NCBI GenBank assembly: GCA_020635175.1
Contig: JACKAH010000004.1
Location: forward strand, 51,995-115,994
DNA: 64,000 nt
Direction of reading: 5' to 3'
Origin: Deltaproteobacteria bacterium
Lineage (GTDB): Bacteria; Bdellovibrionota_C; UBA2361; J135
In this document: positions 28,533 to 37,284 of the stretch, one piece after another
Numbering within the stretch: position 1 is the stretch's first letter
How the letters are laid out: the number at the start of each line of letters is the position of its first letter
Program-made: the position numbers and the translations under genes
The notes under the pieces: model-generated
Databases searched by the model: none
Told to the model about the DNA's origin: nothing
What the model saw: the letters and a program-made list of their open reading frames with translations, nothing else

Positions 28533-31505
28533 TTACACTTCCTCATACTTAATATTTTCTAAATAGCTTACAGCAGGCTGAGTGTTGAGATGATGATCTA
28601 GCACTTTATAAGCTCGCTTATCGCGACCTCTCTTGCTTACCTCACTGTGAGGATCGTTTAGATCACCAAAGGTAAGCGCTTGTGTTGGACAGCTTTGTAC
28701 ACAAGCAGGCTTAATCTCACCATCACGAACCTTTCTACCGAGATCTTTTGCGTTATCTTTACCTTCGTTAATACGTTGTAAGCAGAAGGTACATTTCTCC
28801 ATCACACCAGCACTTCTTGGAGTGACATCTGGATTGAGCTGCCAATTCAAAGGCTCAGGGAAATCAACCTGTATCCAGTTGTAGTGACGAACTTTATAAG
28901 AGCAGTTATTTGAACAATATCGAGTTCCAACACAACGGTTATAAACCATCACGTTCAAACCCTCTTCGTTATGGTAAGTTGCATAAACTGGACATACCGG
29001 TTCACATGGAGCATGACCACACTGCTGACACATCATCGGCATGAAGTTAACGCTCAACTCTTCGCTCGGAGCTTCTCCATAATATCGCTCGATTCTAAGC
29101 CAAGACATCTCTCTTCCTTGGCTCACTACCTTCTTACCAACGCACGGAATATTGTTCTCGGCATAACAAGCAACTACACAAGCAGAACAACCTGTACATG
29201 CAGCTAAATCAACTGCCATCCCCCATTTATATAATGGGTGTTCACGTTGTACGTACATCTGCTTAGGTTCATGGTGCCCTCCATGGCCATTGCTCTCTCC
29301 ATGAGATTCATCTGCGTGAGCATCATGCCCTTCAGCATGTCCATTTGTTGCATGCACTGCAGTTGCAACAGCTGCTGTCCTAGCAAGGTGTCTATTCATC
29401 TGATAATCGCTACCCTGAAGGTTAACGATGTCACCTTTGCCACGACCACGCGTAACATTAACTTTTGTTGAAAGAAGAGAAACTGCGCCAACATCTTTTG
29501 AAGCAAGAGCTGGTAAAAGTTGCATCACATTACCGCCAATTCCTTTGGCAAAGCGACCATAACCCGTATGGCCATGACCAATTGGCACTGCAATAATGTC
29601 TTTATGGATATAACGGTTAATTAAAACGTTAACTGTTATCTCACCATAGTGATTTCGAATTGTGACCTTATCGCCCTGAGCAAGCCCATGAGCTTTAGCT
29701 GAATCTGGGTGAATCTCAGCCCAGCTATCCCATGCAACCTGAGAAACTGGATCTGGAATCTCGGAAAGCCATGGTCTGTTCGCAGCCCTTCCATCAAAAC
29801 TTCTAACAGATGGGAACGGATATAGAACTAATGTATGGCCATCCTTCTCTTCAAAATGAGCAGAAGAGAAATCAAGAGCAAACGCTTTACTGCTAACCTG
29901 CGCAGTTGAATTTGCACTAACACGACGAATAAACCCGCCACGCTCTACAGACTCAAGCCAGAAATTTTTGAAGCTCTTGCCTGTTGCCGCATTAGCATGA
30001 ACTTTTTGCCAAGCATCTTTTAGATACGAAAGGAAATCTTCTCCCATCTTCTTACCAGCCTTATCAGCTGAAGCTAATAAGATATCACCGAAGGCTTGCG
30101 TATCGAAGACAGGTTTCATAGTCGGCTGAATTAGGTTATGCACTCCCGGTAATGGCTCTGCATCACCCCAACTTTCAAGTGCTGTATGAGTTGGCAAAAT
30201 AAGATGAGCAGCACCTGTAGTTTCATCCATATGACTAGCAAAGCTAACAATTAATGGAACTTTCTTCAGTGCATAAATGAAATCAAAACTTGGTGGCAAG
30301 TTAAAGCTTGGATTTGAGCCATCAATAAAAAGAACCTCTAACTTACCCTTTTGCATAGTTGAGATAAGCTTAGAGACTTCGTCTAAAGAGTTGCTTGAAG
30401 GCTTTCTGGAGCTAGCGATATTAACAGTGCGCCCAACATTACCAAGCACAAGGTTCATCAAGTTTGCTGCAACCATTAAAGGCAATGGATTTGAAGTCGC
30501 GGTAGAAGCGCCACCTGCTAAAACGATTGAACGCTTAGCGTTAATCAAATGTTCAGCAGCAATTAAGATCTTTTCAGACGATACTCCGCTCGCTAACGCA
30601 GCAGATTCGACAGTAACATGCTCAGTTAGTTTTTTGATCTGTTCAATAGTACCTGCATCTGCTCCGCCACGTTGTCCCCTTTCAACTAGGACCTTGAGCA
30701 CTGCTAATGCAACCTGAACCTCAGTTCCAGGATTTGACTGTAGCCAAGTGTCAGCGTTACCAGCCGTTAATGAAAGACGAGGTTCTACATGTATAACTCG
30801 ACAAGGCTTATTACTTCGACGCGTATCAGCCCAACCACGAGCATATTCACAAGGAGAAACCCAAGTTTCTAAGAAATCAGTTCCAAAATTAAGAACCGCT
30901 TCGGCCTTATCAAAATGATATGTAGGAATGCCATAGCTTCCAAAAACTAGCTCAGCAGCTTTTGCTTCAGCCTCATTACTTACACCAGAATAATCAATCT
31001 GAGTTAGATCAAAAGCCTTACACCAATCACTAAGTAGAGCAGAGAGCGCTCCTGTTTGTGAACTACCTAAGTAAGCTTTCTGCCCTTTTGCCTTAAGACC
31101 TTTTGCGATTGCAGCGTAAGCTTTTTTCCAACTGACTGGCTTATAACTTCCATCATCAGCTCTCTCTAAAGGCTGTCTAATTCTATCTGGGTCATAGGTG
31201 TTCTGAAGCGCTGAGTGTCCAATTGCACAAACACCACCTTTATTAATCGGGTGATCAGGGTTTCCTTCAATTTTAATTGCTCTTCCGTCACGAGTTTTAA
31301 CTTGTATCCCGCAAGCAGCATCACATTCTGTACAGGTCGTATTAAACCAAACAGACTTTCCAGGTATGGTATCCTCAGAGCCTTTAACCAGTGGAAGAAC
31401 TTTTTGCGCAGAGCTATTACCACAACCAACAGCACCTACAACCGAAGTCTGCCCCACTATTTTGAGGAAGGTTCTTCTAGAGAGAGTATGTTTTTTTTCT
31501 TCCAT
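28533..31505 (-). CDS. actB: Alternative complex III subunit ActB (molybdopterin-oxidoreductase-like domain fused to a 4Fe-4S ferredoxin-like domain)
   Basis: Tat motif SRRTFLK. Cys clusters CTGCSACVVAC, CQQCGHAPCEPVCP, CVGTRYCSNNC and CTFC. His-rich inter-domain linker. ATG at 31505 (MEEKKHTLSRRTFLK) is preferred over the upstream TTG at 31559. Confidence 0.88.
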   Translation of the reverse strand: MEEKKHTLSRRTFLKIVGQTSVVGAVGCGNSSAQKVLPLVKGSEDTIPGKSVWFNTTCTECDAACGIQVKTRDGRAIKIEGNPDHPINKGGVCAIGHSALQNTYDPDRIRQPLERADDGSYKPVSWKKAYAAIAKGLKAKGQKAYLGSSQTGALSALLSDWCKAFDLTQIDYSGVSNEAEAKAAELVFGSYGIPTYHFDKAEAVLNFGTDFLETWVSPCEYARGWADTRRSNKPCRVIHVEPRLSLTAGNADTWLQSNPGTEVQVALAVLKVLVERGQRGGADAGTIEQIKKLTEHVTVESAALASGVSSEKILIAAEHLINAKRSIVLAGGASTATSNPLPLMVAANLMNLVLGNVGRTVNIASSRKPSSNSLDEVSKLISTMQKGKLEVLFIDGSNPSFNLPPSFDFIYALKKVPLIVSFASHMDETTGAAHLILPTHTALESWGDAEPLPGVHNLIQPTMKPVFDTQAFGDILLASADKAGKKMGEDFLSYLKDAWQKVHANAATGKSFKNFWLESVERGGFIRRVSANSTAQVSSKAFALDFSSAHFEEKDGHTLVLYPFPSVRSFDGRAANRPWLSEIPDPVSQVAWDSWAEIHPDSAKAHGLAQGDKVTIRNHYGEITVNVLINRYIHKDIIAVPIGHGHTGYGRFAKGIGGNVMQLLPALASKDVGAVSLLSTKVNVTRGRGKGDIVNLQGSDYQMNRHLARTAAVATAVHATNGHAEGHDAHADESHGESNGHGGHHEPKQMYVQREHPLYKWGMAVDLAACTGCSACVVACYAENNIPCVGKKVVSQGREMSWLRIERYYGEAPSEELSVNFMPMMCQQCGHAPCEPVCPVYATYHNEEGLNVMVYNRCVGTRYCSNNCSYKVRHYNWIQVDFPEPLNWQLNPDVTPRSAGVMEKCTFCLQRINEGKDNAKDLGRKVRDGEIKPACVQSCPTQALTFGDLNDPHSEVSKRGRDKRAYKVLDHHLNTQPAVSYLENIKYEEV

Positions 31506-31586
31506 TATCGTAACTTTCTTCTTTTCAAACTTCACACAAAAACTTTTCCAAACTCCCAACCGGGAGATTCCTCGCTTTCGCCTAGG

Positions 31587-32246
31587 CTATTTATGGCAGA
31601 CAGCACAATCGATGCTGGTACCTTTCTCTCGGTGGCAGCCTACGCACCAGCCCATCTTCATTGAGCTTGCGCGTTCAACTACTTCCATACTGTCCATCTG
31701 TCCATGGCACTCCTGACAAGCAACGCCCGCTTTGACGTGTCGCTTGTGTGTAAAGCGAACGTAGTCTGGCATTACATGTACCTTTTGCCATGGAATCGGC
31801 TCACCTTTTTCGTGAAATTCTTTTAACTTTTTAATCTCTTCAGATTTCTGAGTAGCCTCTGTATTTACCAGCTGAGAGTGACAACCCATACAAACTTCAA
31901 CTTCAGGAATTGCAGCAAACTCACTTTTAGCAACTGTGTGGTGACAGAACTGACATTCCATCTTGAGATCTCCAGCATGCAGCTTATGACTGAATTTTAT
32001 TGGCTGCTCAGGCTTGTAGCCACGCGCTCTCTCAGGAAAGTTAAAATATCTGTAGTGATCAATGATGTGGAAATCCCAAGGAGCGGCTTGTCCATTGTTC
32101 CAAACGCCGGCCCTTAGATCCAACTTAGGCTTTTCGACAGTTGCACCCTTACCTTCCTCAGCCATAAGGCTAGAGCATGTAACTAATAAGAATGAAAAAA
32201 CGAAAAGAAGTAGGTTCAGAGATAATGTGTATCTATTATTTTTCAT
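31587..32246 (-). CDS. actA: Alternative complex III subunit ActA (pentahaem cytochrome c)
   Basis: Five CxxCH motifs (CQFCH, CMGCH, CQECH, CVGCH, CAVCH) and an N-terminal signal/anchor. First gene of the cluster. Confidence 0.85.
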   Translation of the reverse strand: MKNNRYTLSLNLLLFVFSFLLVTCSSLMAEEGKGATVEKPKLDLRAGVWNNGQAAPWDFHIIDHYRYFNFPERARGYKPEQPIKFSHKLHAGDLKMECQFCHHTVAKSEFAAIPEVEVCMGCHSQLVNTEATQKSEEIKKLKEFHEKGEPIPWQKVHVMPDYVRFTHKRHVKAGVACQECHGQMDSMEVVERASSMKMGWCVGCHREKGTSIDCAVCHK

Positions 32247-32479
32247 GCCTATGACTTATTTCCTGGTGTCTCAGCCCGGCAAGATACTGCTCAACTTCTA
32301 TGAAGTCAAAGCCGGAAAACACGGACTCAACCACGGATAAATATCTTGTTATCCAAGATTCAATGAAAGCTTCCTTTTATATATAGGAAAAAAATCTTCC
32401 TTTGAATAGAAGTCTATCTATCTTGAAAATGAAGTTATGAAAAGAAAGGAAATTATTTAATCCGAGACATTGTTTTATT

Positions 32480-33091
32480 TTAGATGCTAGTAGGTATCCC
32501 TACCTTCTTTGAGCTTACTGCAGCACAATGCAGCTGAGATGGCAGTAATATTGTTGGTGATTTCACACAAACGTCCCACTGCATGCAGAGAGTGTCCATT
32601 TCACAGTTTTCCCCCTGCTTATTGGTTGAGATTGGAGCGGCCGTTGGATCTTGGCATTGTCTAGGTAGAACCACTATCTCACCCTCTTTAAGACTACTAA
32701 TCTGTCCATCCCACTCAAATGCAGTCTTAATTTTATCATCAAAGAGTCTATCAGCTTCACCTAGAACCAAATTCACTGTTTTAGCTATCTGCTGATCAAG
32801 CTTACTTGGATTTGTGCAAAAAGATCTTAAGTAGCCGTAGCTAGTAGAATTAACTGGGAGCTTAAGTTGGTTTGCATTTGGAGCGGTAAGGTTTCCATCA
32901 TTTACGACTTCAGCCATGCTAATGCGAGCAGCAATGATAGCTAACCATTGAGCACCTGATGTGTATTTAGAGTAAGTAACGAAATCGATGGCACCGAAGA
33001 CTAAAAAGACGAGAACTGAAATACTACCTGCTACACTTAGCAAATACGAACCTCTCTCGTTCTCAATTCTTTTTTTACTACCCTTATTCAC
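32480..33091 (-). CDS. TadE/TadF-like pseudopilin (module A), 203 aa
   Basis: TadE-type N-terminus RIENERGSYLLSVAGSISVLVFLVFGAIDFVTYSKY...AIIAARISMA. Clear paralogue of the 197-aa product of 47578..48171. Confidence 0.6.
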   Translation of the reverse strand: MNKGSKKRIENERGSYLLSVAGSISVLVFLVFGAIDFVTYSKYTSGAQWLAIIAARISMAEVVNDGNLTAPNANQLKLPVNSTSYGYLRSFCTNPSKLDQQIAKTVNLVLGEADRLFDDKIKTAFEWDGQISSLKEGEIVVLPRQCQDPTAAPISTNKQGENCEMDTLCMQWDVCVKSPTILLPSQLHCAAVSSKKVGIPTSI

Positions 33092-33119
33092 AACAACCTA
33101 CCCAAAAAATCTTTGCGAG

Positions 33120-33416
33120 CTAAATCTTCCCAACCGGGTAAACTATCTCTTGAGCACGCGGATCCGCCTCATTTGGACTTTCCTTCAGAGGCTTTTTATA
33201 CTTCGAAGACCAAGCAGCTCCTGGATAACTAGTGTATCCTTTCGCAACATCATGTACCTGCTGCTGAATAACTTTGCTTTGAGTCGTCGCAAGAAGTTTA
33301 TAAGTACTCTTTGCTGAGGGTAATCCTATTCCGATTAGAAGCGCCATAACCATGCCAGCTTCCATCATGCTGATTCCAGCTTCATTTCTACGAATTTTTC
33401 TTAGAGATACAGACAT
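33120..33416 (-). CDS. Flp-like prepilin (module A), atypically long (98 aa from ATG 33416)
   Basis: The leader plus hydrophobic core MSVSLRKIRRNEAG/ISMMEAGMVMALLIGIGL resembles the Flp G/XXXXEY processing region (Glu kept, Tyr replaced by Ala). Same operon position as the clearer Flp-like gene at 48179..48403. Confidence 0.45.
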   Translation of the reverse strand: MSVSLRKIRRNEAGISMMEAGMVMALLIGIGLPSAKSTYKLLATTQSKVIQQQVHDVAKGYTSYPGAAWSSKYKKPLKESPNEADPRAQEIVYPVGKI

Positions 33417-33470
33417 AAACAACCCATCCAAAAATATATCTATTCTATCTTATTCAAGTTTCATGCCGCA

Positions 33471-34388
33471 CTATAGTGGTGCATGAACAATATCGTTACC
33501 AAATTCTGCTAGAGGCGCAGTCTCATTCGCATGAAGATCAGTCTCTGTGCTGTGACCATCTGTTCCATCAACAATCGGATCATCGATGTCAGGCCCCGCA
33601 GATTTAATTAACTTAAGCGCTTTAATTGACTTAGCCAGTCTACCAGATTCAGCAACGAAGGACTTTCCAATCTCAAGAAGTATTGGATTTGCTGCAGTTA
33701 GTGAGTTTCCTTCCTGTTCGTTCAGCACCTGAACCACCTCTTCTGAGATAGCTGTAAGCTTAGTGTTAACTTTTGAACTTAGCACAGCAGTATTTAGTTC
33801 ATATTCCTCACCTCGTGCAGCAAGCGCCTGAGGAGCTTTGCTTCTTTGGCGCTCGTATCTTCTCAAAGCGCGAATAGCTCTAGCTTTTCTTTTTCTAAGC
33901 TTTCTCTTAGAGATTTTTCCTGCTGCACTAGCAGATTTTGCTGGAGCTGAAATTATAGGAGCAGATGGCGTCGGAGTTGTTGGCAAACGCACTCCTAATA
34001 CCTGCTGAGTTAATGACTGAGTCATACATACTCCACCTAAAATAAACCTCTTTAAAACTCCAGCTAATGGAGCTGGGAGTGGAGCAGGTCCTGAAATTAG
34101 AGCAGGTGAAATAGTAACTATCTTAAGCCTCGTTGAGCTACTAAGAGAAGAGAAGCAAACACCTGGAGGAGGAGGATTTACGCAATCATTGTAAATATCC
34201 TCAGCGCTCTCTAATGTATCAAAATCAGCTTGTGACATCTGAGCAGAGAACTGCAGAGATAATTTAGCAACGTTTACTGCTCTTAGAGCCATCCCGATAC
34301 ATTGGCTAATCTGAGGACTTTGAGCATTTGCATTTGCGACAAACCCTAAACTAACCAGTGAAGCTAAAAAGTAAGTTTTGACTTTCAT
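33471..34388 (-). CDS. Secreted protein, family D (my label): small Cys-containing N-domain, then low-complexity/basic region, then a helical acidic tail
   Basis: Signal peptide MKVKTYFLASLVSLGFVANANA/QS with GAAGGAG upstream of ATG 34388. Contains the strongly basic stretch KISKRKLRKRKARAIRALRRYERQRSK. No family recognised. Confidence 0.6.
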   Translation of the reverse strand: MKVKTYFLASLVSLGFVANANAQSPQISQCIGMALRAVNVAKLSLQFSAQMSQADFDTLESAEDIYNDCVNPPPPGVCFSSLSSSTRLKIVTISPALISGPAPLPAPLAGVLKRFILGGVCMTQSLTQQVLGVRLPTTPTPSAPIISAPAKSASAAGKISKRKLRKRKARAIRALRRYERQRSKAPQALAARGEEYELNTAVLSSKVNTKLTAISEEVVQVLNEQEGNSLTAANPILLEIGKSFVAESGRLAKSIKALKLIKSAGPDIDDPIVDGTDGHSTETDLHANETAPLAEFGNDIVHAPL

Positions 34389-34416
34389 AACAACTCCTTC
34401 AAAAACCTTATAAATC

Positions 34417-35142
34417 TTAAACGCCTGATGCTGGGATAGGATCACACAACCAACTTAGATTCTCAGGATCCATAGCGTGAACTGCGCCAGGCGTACATGG
34501 GTCACTTGTAAAAGCAGTATTTAACATTGCTCTGACAACAGCTCCATTGTTAATACTAGCTTCCCAGTTAGAAGTAGTATCTTCAAACATAGCGCGGTAC
34601 ATTCTAAATGGACTTGCTTGAATACATGAACCTGTAGTCATAGCGTAGTCTTCTGCTGAAAAGATAAAGCTAAGCGAATCAGTCTTCTCACTGTCGGTTA
34701 AATCATCAATGGTAGAACCCGCAGGATGTCCAAAGTGAGTAAATGCAGTTTTAAGCGTGAATGTTAAAAGTGCGTGATCAAGAGCCTTGGTAGGATCGGT
34801 TGGGTCAACGACTTTCTTATTGATTACTGTGTTTAACATCTCATGAAAACCGAGTGCATATACTCCATGAATTGGATTACCAGGGACACAGTATGCAGGG
34901 CTTCCAAACTGAATTCGGTTGATTATCTCTCTAACTGTATAATCAACTGTTTCTGCCATCTGCTCACAAGTTTCGAGACTTTGATAAGGCTGACCTAAAC
35001 CGTAAGTACATTGGCTAGTAGAACCTGAGTTTGTGTAGTCATTTAACACTCCTAAAACATCCGGTCCCGTAGCTAGGGCTGAGAAAGTTAAGGTTAAGGT
35101 GCTAATTCCTAAGCAGAGAGCATTTCTTACAACACGTTTCAT
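34417..35142 (-). CDS. Secreted six-cysteine protein, family M (my label)
   Basis: Signal peptide MKRVVRNALCLGISTLTLTFSALA with GGAG upstream of ATG 35142. Six Cys in the mature part. Aligns with the products of 37285..38049 and 49179..49979 (NSGSTSQCTYGLGQP...ETC...YCVPGNP...VDPTD...). Confidence 0.65.
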   Translation of the reverse strand: MKRVVRNALCLGISTLTLTFSALATGPDVLGVLNDYTNSGSTSQCTYGLGQPYQSLETCEQMAETVDYTVREIINRIQFGSPAYCVPGNPIHGVYALGFHEMLNTVINKKVVDPTDPTKALDHALLTFTLKTAFTHFGHPAGSTIDDLTDSEKTDSLSFIFSAEDYAMTTGSCIQASPFRMYRAMFEDTTSNWEASINNGAVVRAMLNTAFTSDPCTPGAVHAMDPENLSWLCDPIPASGV

Positions 35143-35170
35143 AATAACAACTCCAAACAAAACCCTAAAA

Positions 35171-36151
35171 TTAAAACATCCCAGTTAGACGCTTAAGCAC
35201 ATGATTATAAATGTAGTTATCTAATGGAGACCCGATTACGTATGGTCCAGTTCCGAGAGGTCCATTTGCACTCGCCAAAAGGTAAGCATCTACGTTAGGA
35301 AATCTACTAGTATTATAATCATAGTAAAAGAAGTCACTCGGAGATGGTGCCATTGCTGGAACAGAACCGTATGCTTCAGTTAACAAAGTAGTAACAATTG
35401 GAGAGATTGGATACTGCTGCCAACTCTGATCAATGAAAGCCATCGCAAAGAAGGCCCAGTAAACATCAGGAAATTTACACAAAATCTGTCCATAAGTTGG
35501 AGAACTCTGGTTATTATCTGTCTCAAACATGTGACAGATAGTTACGGTAAAAGTGTCAGCTAAATCATCAATACATTGCTGGTCGCCTGCAGGGCATCCA
35601 CCGCCTTGAGCGTTTAACTGAGCAGCATCATATCCACGATGATGACCGTAAAGTAAATTAAATCCAAATCTGTATATATTCGGTATCGCTTCACAACCTG
35701 GAAGAGCTTGGCCATCCTGTAAGGAATGTACCTCAGGACAGGTCTGAGAATTATAGTTCTGAACAAAGATTCTTTTGTTCATCTCGTTAATTTGAGAGAA
35801 CACCTGAGCAGCTGTCTGCGGTTGACCAATTGCACAAGTTCCGTTGAATCCTGGGTCGTCGTTGAATGAGTACCAAACAGACTCTTCGAACTGAAGAGCA
35901 ACTGCACTGTTTTGGACATAGCCAGTTATCGGCTCTGGTGTTCCTTCACACTGACCAGACTCACCCATCGTAGCATAAGCAGGGGTAAGGAAAGATGAAG
36001 CATCCATTCCAACTGTACATGAGTCTGTCTGTCCATTGCTTGTTAAAACTCTTCTTGGTGGAAACAGTCCAGCTTGAGCAGAAGCAGTAGAGATAAAGAA
36101 CACTGCTGAAGCAGATGTTAAAATTAGGAACTTATTAAAGTGGCTGAGCAT
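35171..36151 (-). CDS. Secreted cysteine-rich protein, family L (my label)
   Basis: Signal peptide MLSHFNKFLILTSASAVFFISTASA/QA (ATG 36151, GGGAGAG upstream). Shares TDSCTV...GQCEG...ICHMFE...LCKFPDV with the 38066..39214 product. More distantly resembles the two L genes of module B. Confidence 0.65.
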   Translation of the reverse strand: MLSHFNKFLILTSASAVFFISTASAQAGLFPPRRVLTSNGQTDSCTVGMDASSFLTPAYATMGESGQCEGTPEPITGYVQNSAVALQFEESVWYSFNDDPGFNGTCAIGQPQTAAQVFSQINEMNKRIFVQNYNSQTCPEVHSLQDGQALPGCEAIPNIYRFGFNLLYGHHRGYDAAQLNAQGGGCPAGDQQCIDDLADTFTVTICHMFETDNNQSSPTYGQILCKFPDVYWAFFAMAFIDQSWQQYPISPIVTTLLTEAYGSVPAMAPSPSDFFYYDYNTSRFPNVDAYLLASANGPLGTGPYVIGSPLDNYIYNHVLKRLTGMF

Positions 36152-36279
36152 TGTAACTCTCCCAAACAACGATTTTAAAAAACGACTTTCTGCACCCAAC
36201 ACGAAAAGCCGATATCCAAAGTTATTTGAGATTTCGTGCAACATTTATTCCCCAGCGTGCCATAACAATTTGCTTACTT

Positions 36280-36336
36280 GTCCCCAAAATGATGCTTTAT
36301 TGAAGCGACTCAAGTACTTATCTGATCCACCTAAAA
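36280..36336 (-). promoter_or_regulatory. Conserved bipartite element upstream of an L gene (copy 1 of 4)
   Basis: The minus strand reads TTTTAGGTGGATCA-N38-GGGAC. Same 14-mer and same 38-nt spacing as the copies at 39338-39394, 51006-51062 and 52113-52169. A TTGAGT hexamer sits at spacer positions 10-15. Confidence 0.55.
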
Positions 36337-36410
36337 TTAATATTAGTTAAAAATACGAACAGTTCTTATTCAAATTGAGTTTTTAAAGAAGCGCGACTAA
36401 AAGGAAGGAG

Positions 36411-36451
36411 TAAGAAAAAATAGCACTAGCACACCTTAAAGTGTGCTAGTG
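36411..36451 (-). terminator. Rho-independent terminator after the first L-M-D triplet
   Basis: The minus strand has a perfect 11-bp stem CACTAGCACAC/GTGTGCTAGTG (36441-36451 pairing with 36424-36434) and a 6-nt loop, followed by CTATTTTTTCTTA. It lies 34 nt downstream of the stop at 36485. Confidence 0.75.
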
Positions 36452-36484
36452 AGCAATCAAAAAGTATCTTTAATCAGGTCTGAA

Positions 36485-37261
36485 CTAGAATTCCTTTAAC
36501 TGTAATTCATGCCCGCCTGAGGCTTCAGTTGTAACAACAGTATCAATAGTCACAACTCTGTCTGTAGGCTTAGGTGGCTCTACGGTCAGATTAACCTCTT
36601 TTAATACCTGAATAGACTTCTCAAGAATTCTAGCCTTTGTAACCAAGGCAGGAAGAATCTTGGCATAGTGCTGCTTAACCAGCTTCTTTTGATTAAGTAA
36701 GTTCTGGAGATTTGCAATCTCTGTCTTGATTTTACCAAGCTCGCCATCATTAGTATCAGGAGCTTCAGCTGTATGGCCCTCATCTATTGAAGGTTCGATC
36801 TGAGCATCTCCTGAAGCATCAAGTCTTTGTGGCTCTGATAACCCATCAGGTCCAGGCATTGCACTTGTCTCTACAGATTCCTTTGAGCTTAAATCTCTTG
36901 AGCTAGTACTTACCTGCTCAACTGAGGCAGTCAGAGAGGTAGTAGCTGCAATCTGAGTCGAGCTTGCTGTGATTGCTGCTTTCTTAGCTTGAAATTGCAA
37001 TTTCTTTATTCTTTTCTCTATCTGGCCAACGGTAGAGTCACAACCATTATCGATAGAATTTTGAACATTATTAATCGCTGCTGCTAAGTTACTCAGGTCA
37101 AAGCTTTCGACCTCCCCCAGCTTAAGATGATGATCTCCCTGGATAATCTGGTCAAGGAGCCCATAAACACCTTTCACAAAGCAGTTGCTGAACTCTGCAT
37201 TCGCAGCTGGAGCAACTAGGAGCGAGGCAAAAACTGAGGCTAAAATTATTCTCTTCTTCAT
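36485..37261 (-). CDS. Secreted protein, family D (my label): N-domain with 2 Cys, Ser/Thr-rich region, C-terminal coiled-coil-like segment
   Basis: Signal peptide MKKRIILASVFASLLVAPAANA/EF (ATG 37261, AAGAAGG upstream). Low-complexity ITASSTQIAATTSLTASVEQVSTSS. Heptad-like KIKTEIANLQNLLNQKKLVKQHYAKIL. Confidence 0.6.
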   Translation of the reverse strand: MKKRIILASVFASLLVAPAANAEFSNCFVKGVYGLLDQIIQGDHHLKLGEVESFDLSNLAAAINNVQNSIDNGCDSTVGQIEKRIKKLQFQAKKAAITASSTQIAATTSLTASVEQVSTSSRDLSSKESVETSAMPGPDGLSEPQRLDASGDAQIEPSIDEGHTAEAPDTNDGELGKIKTEIANLQNLLNQKKLVKQHYAKILPALVTKARILEKSIQVLKEVNLTVEPPKPTDRVVTIDTVVTTEASGGHELQLKEF

Positions 37262-37284
37262 AGCAAACCTTCTTATCTTTAAAA

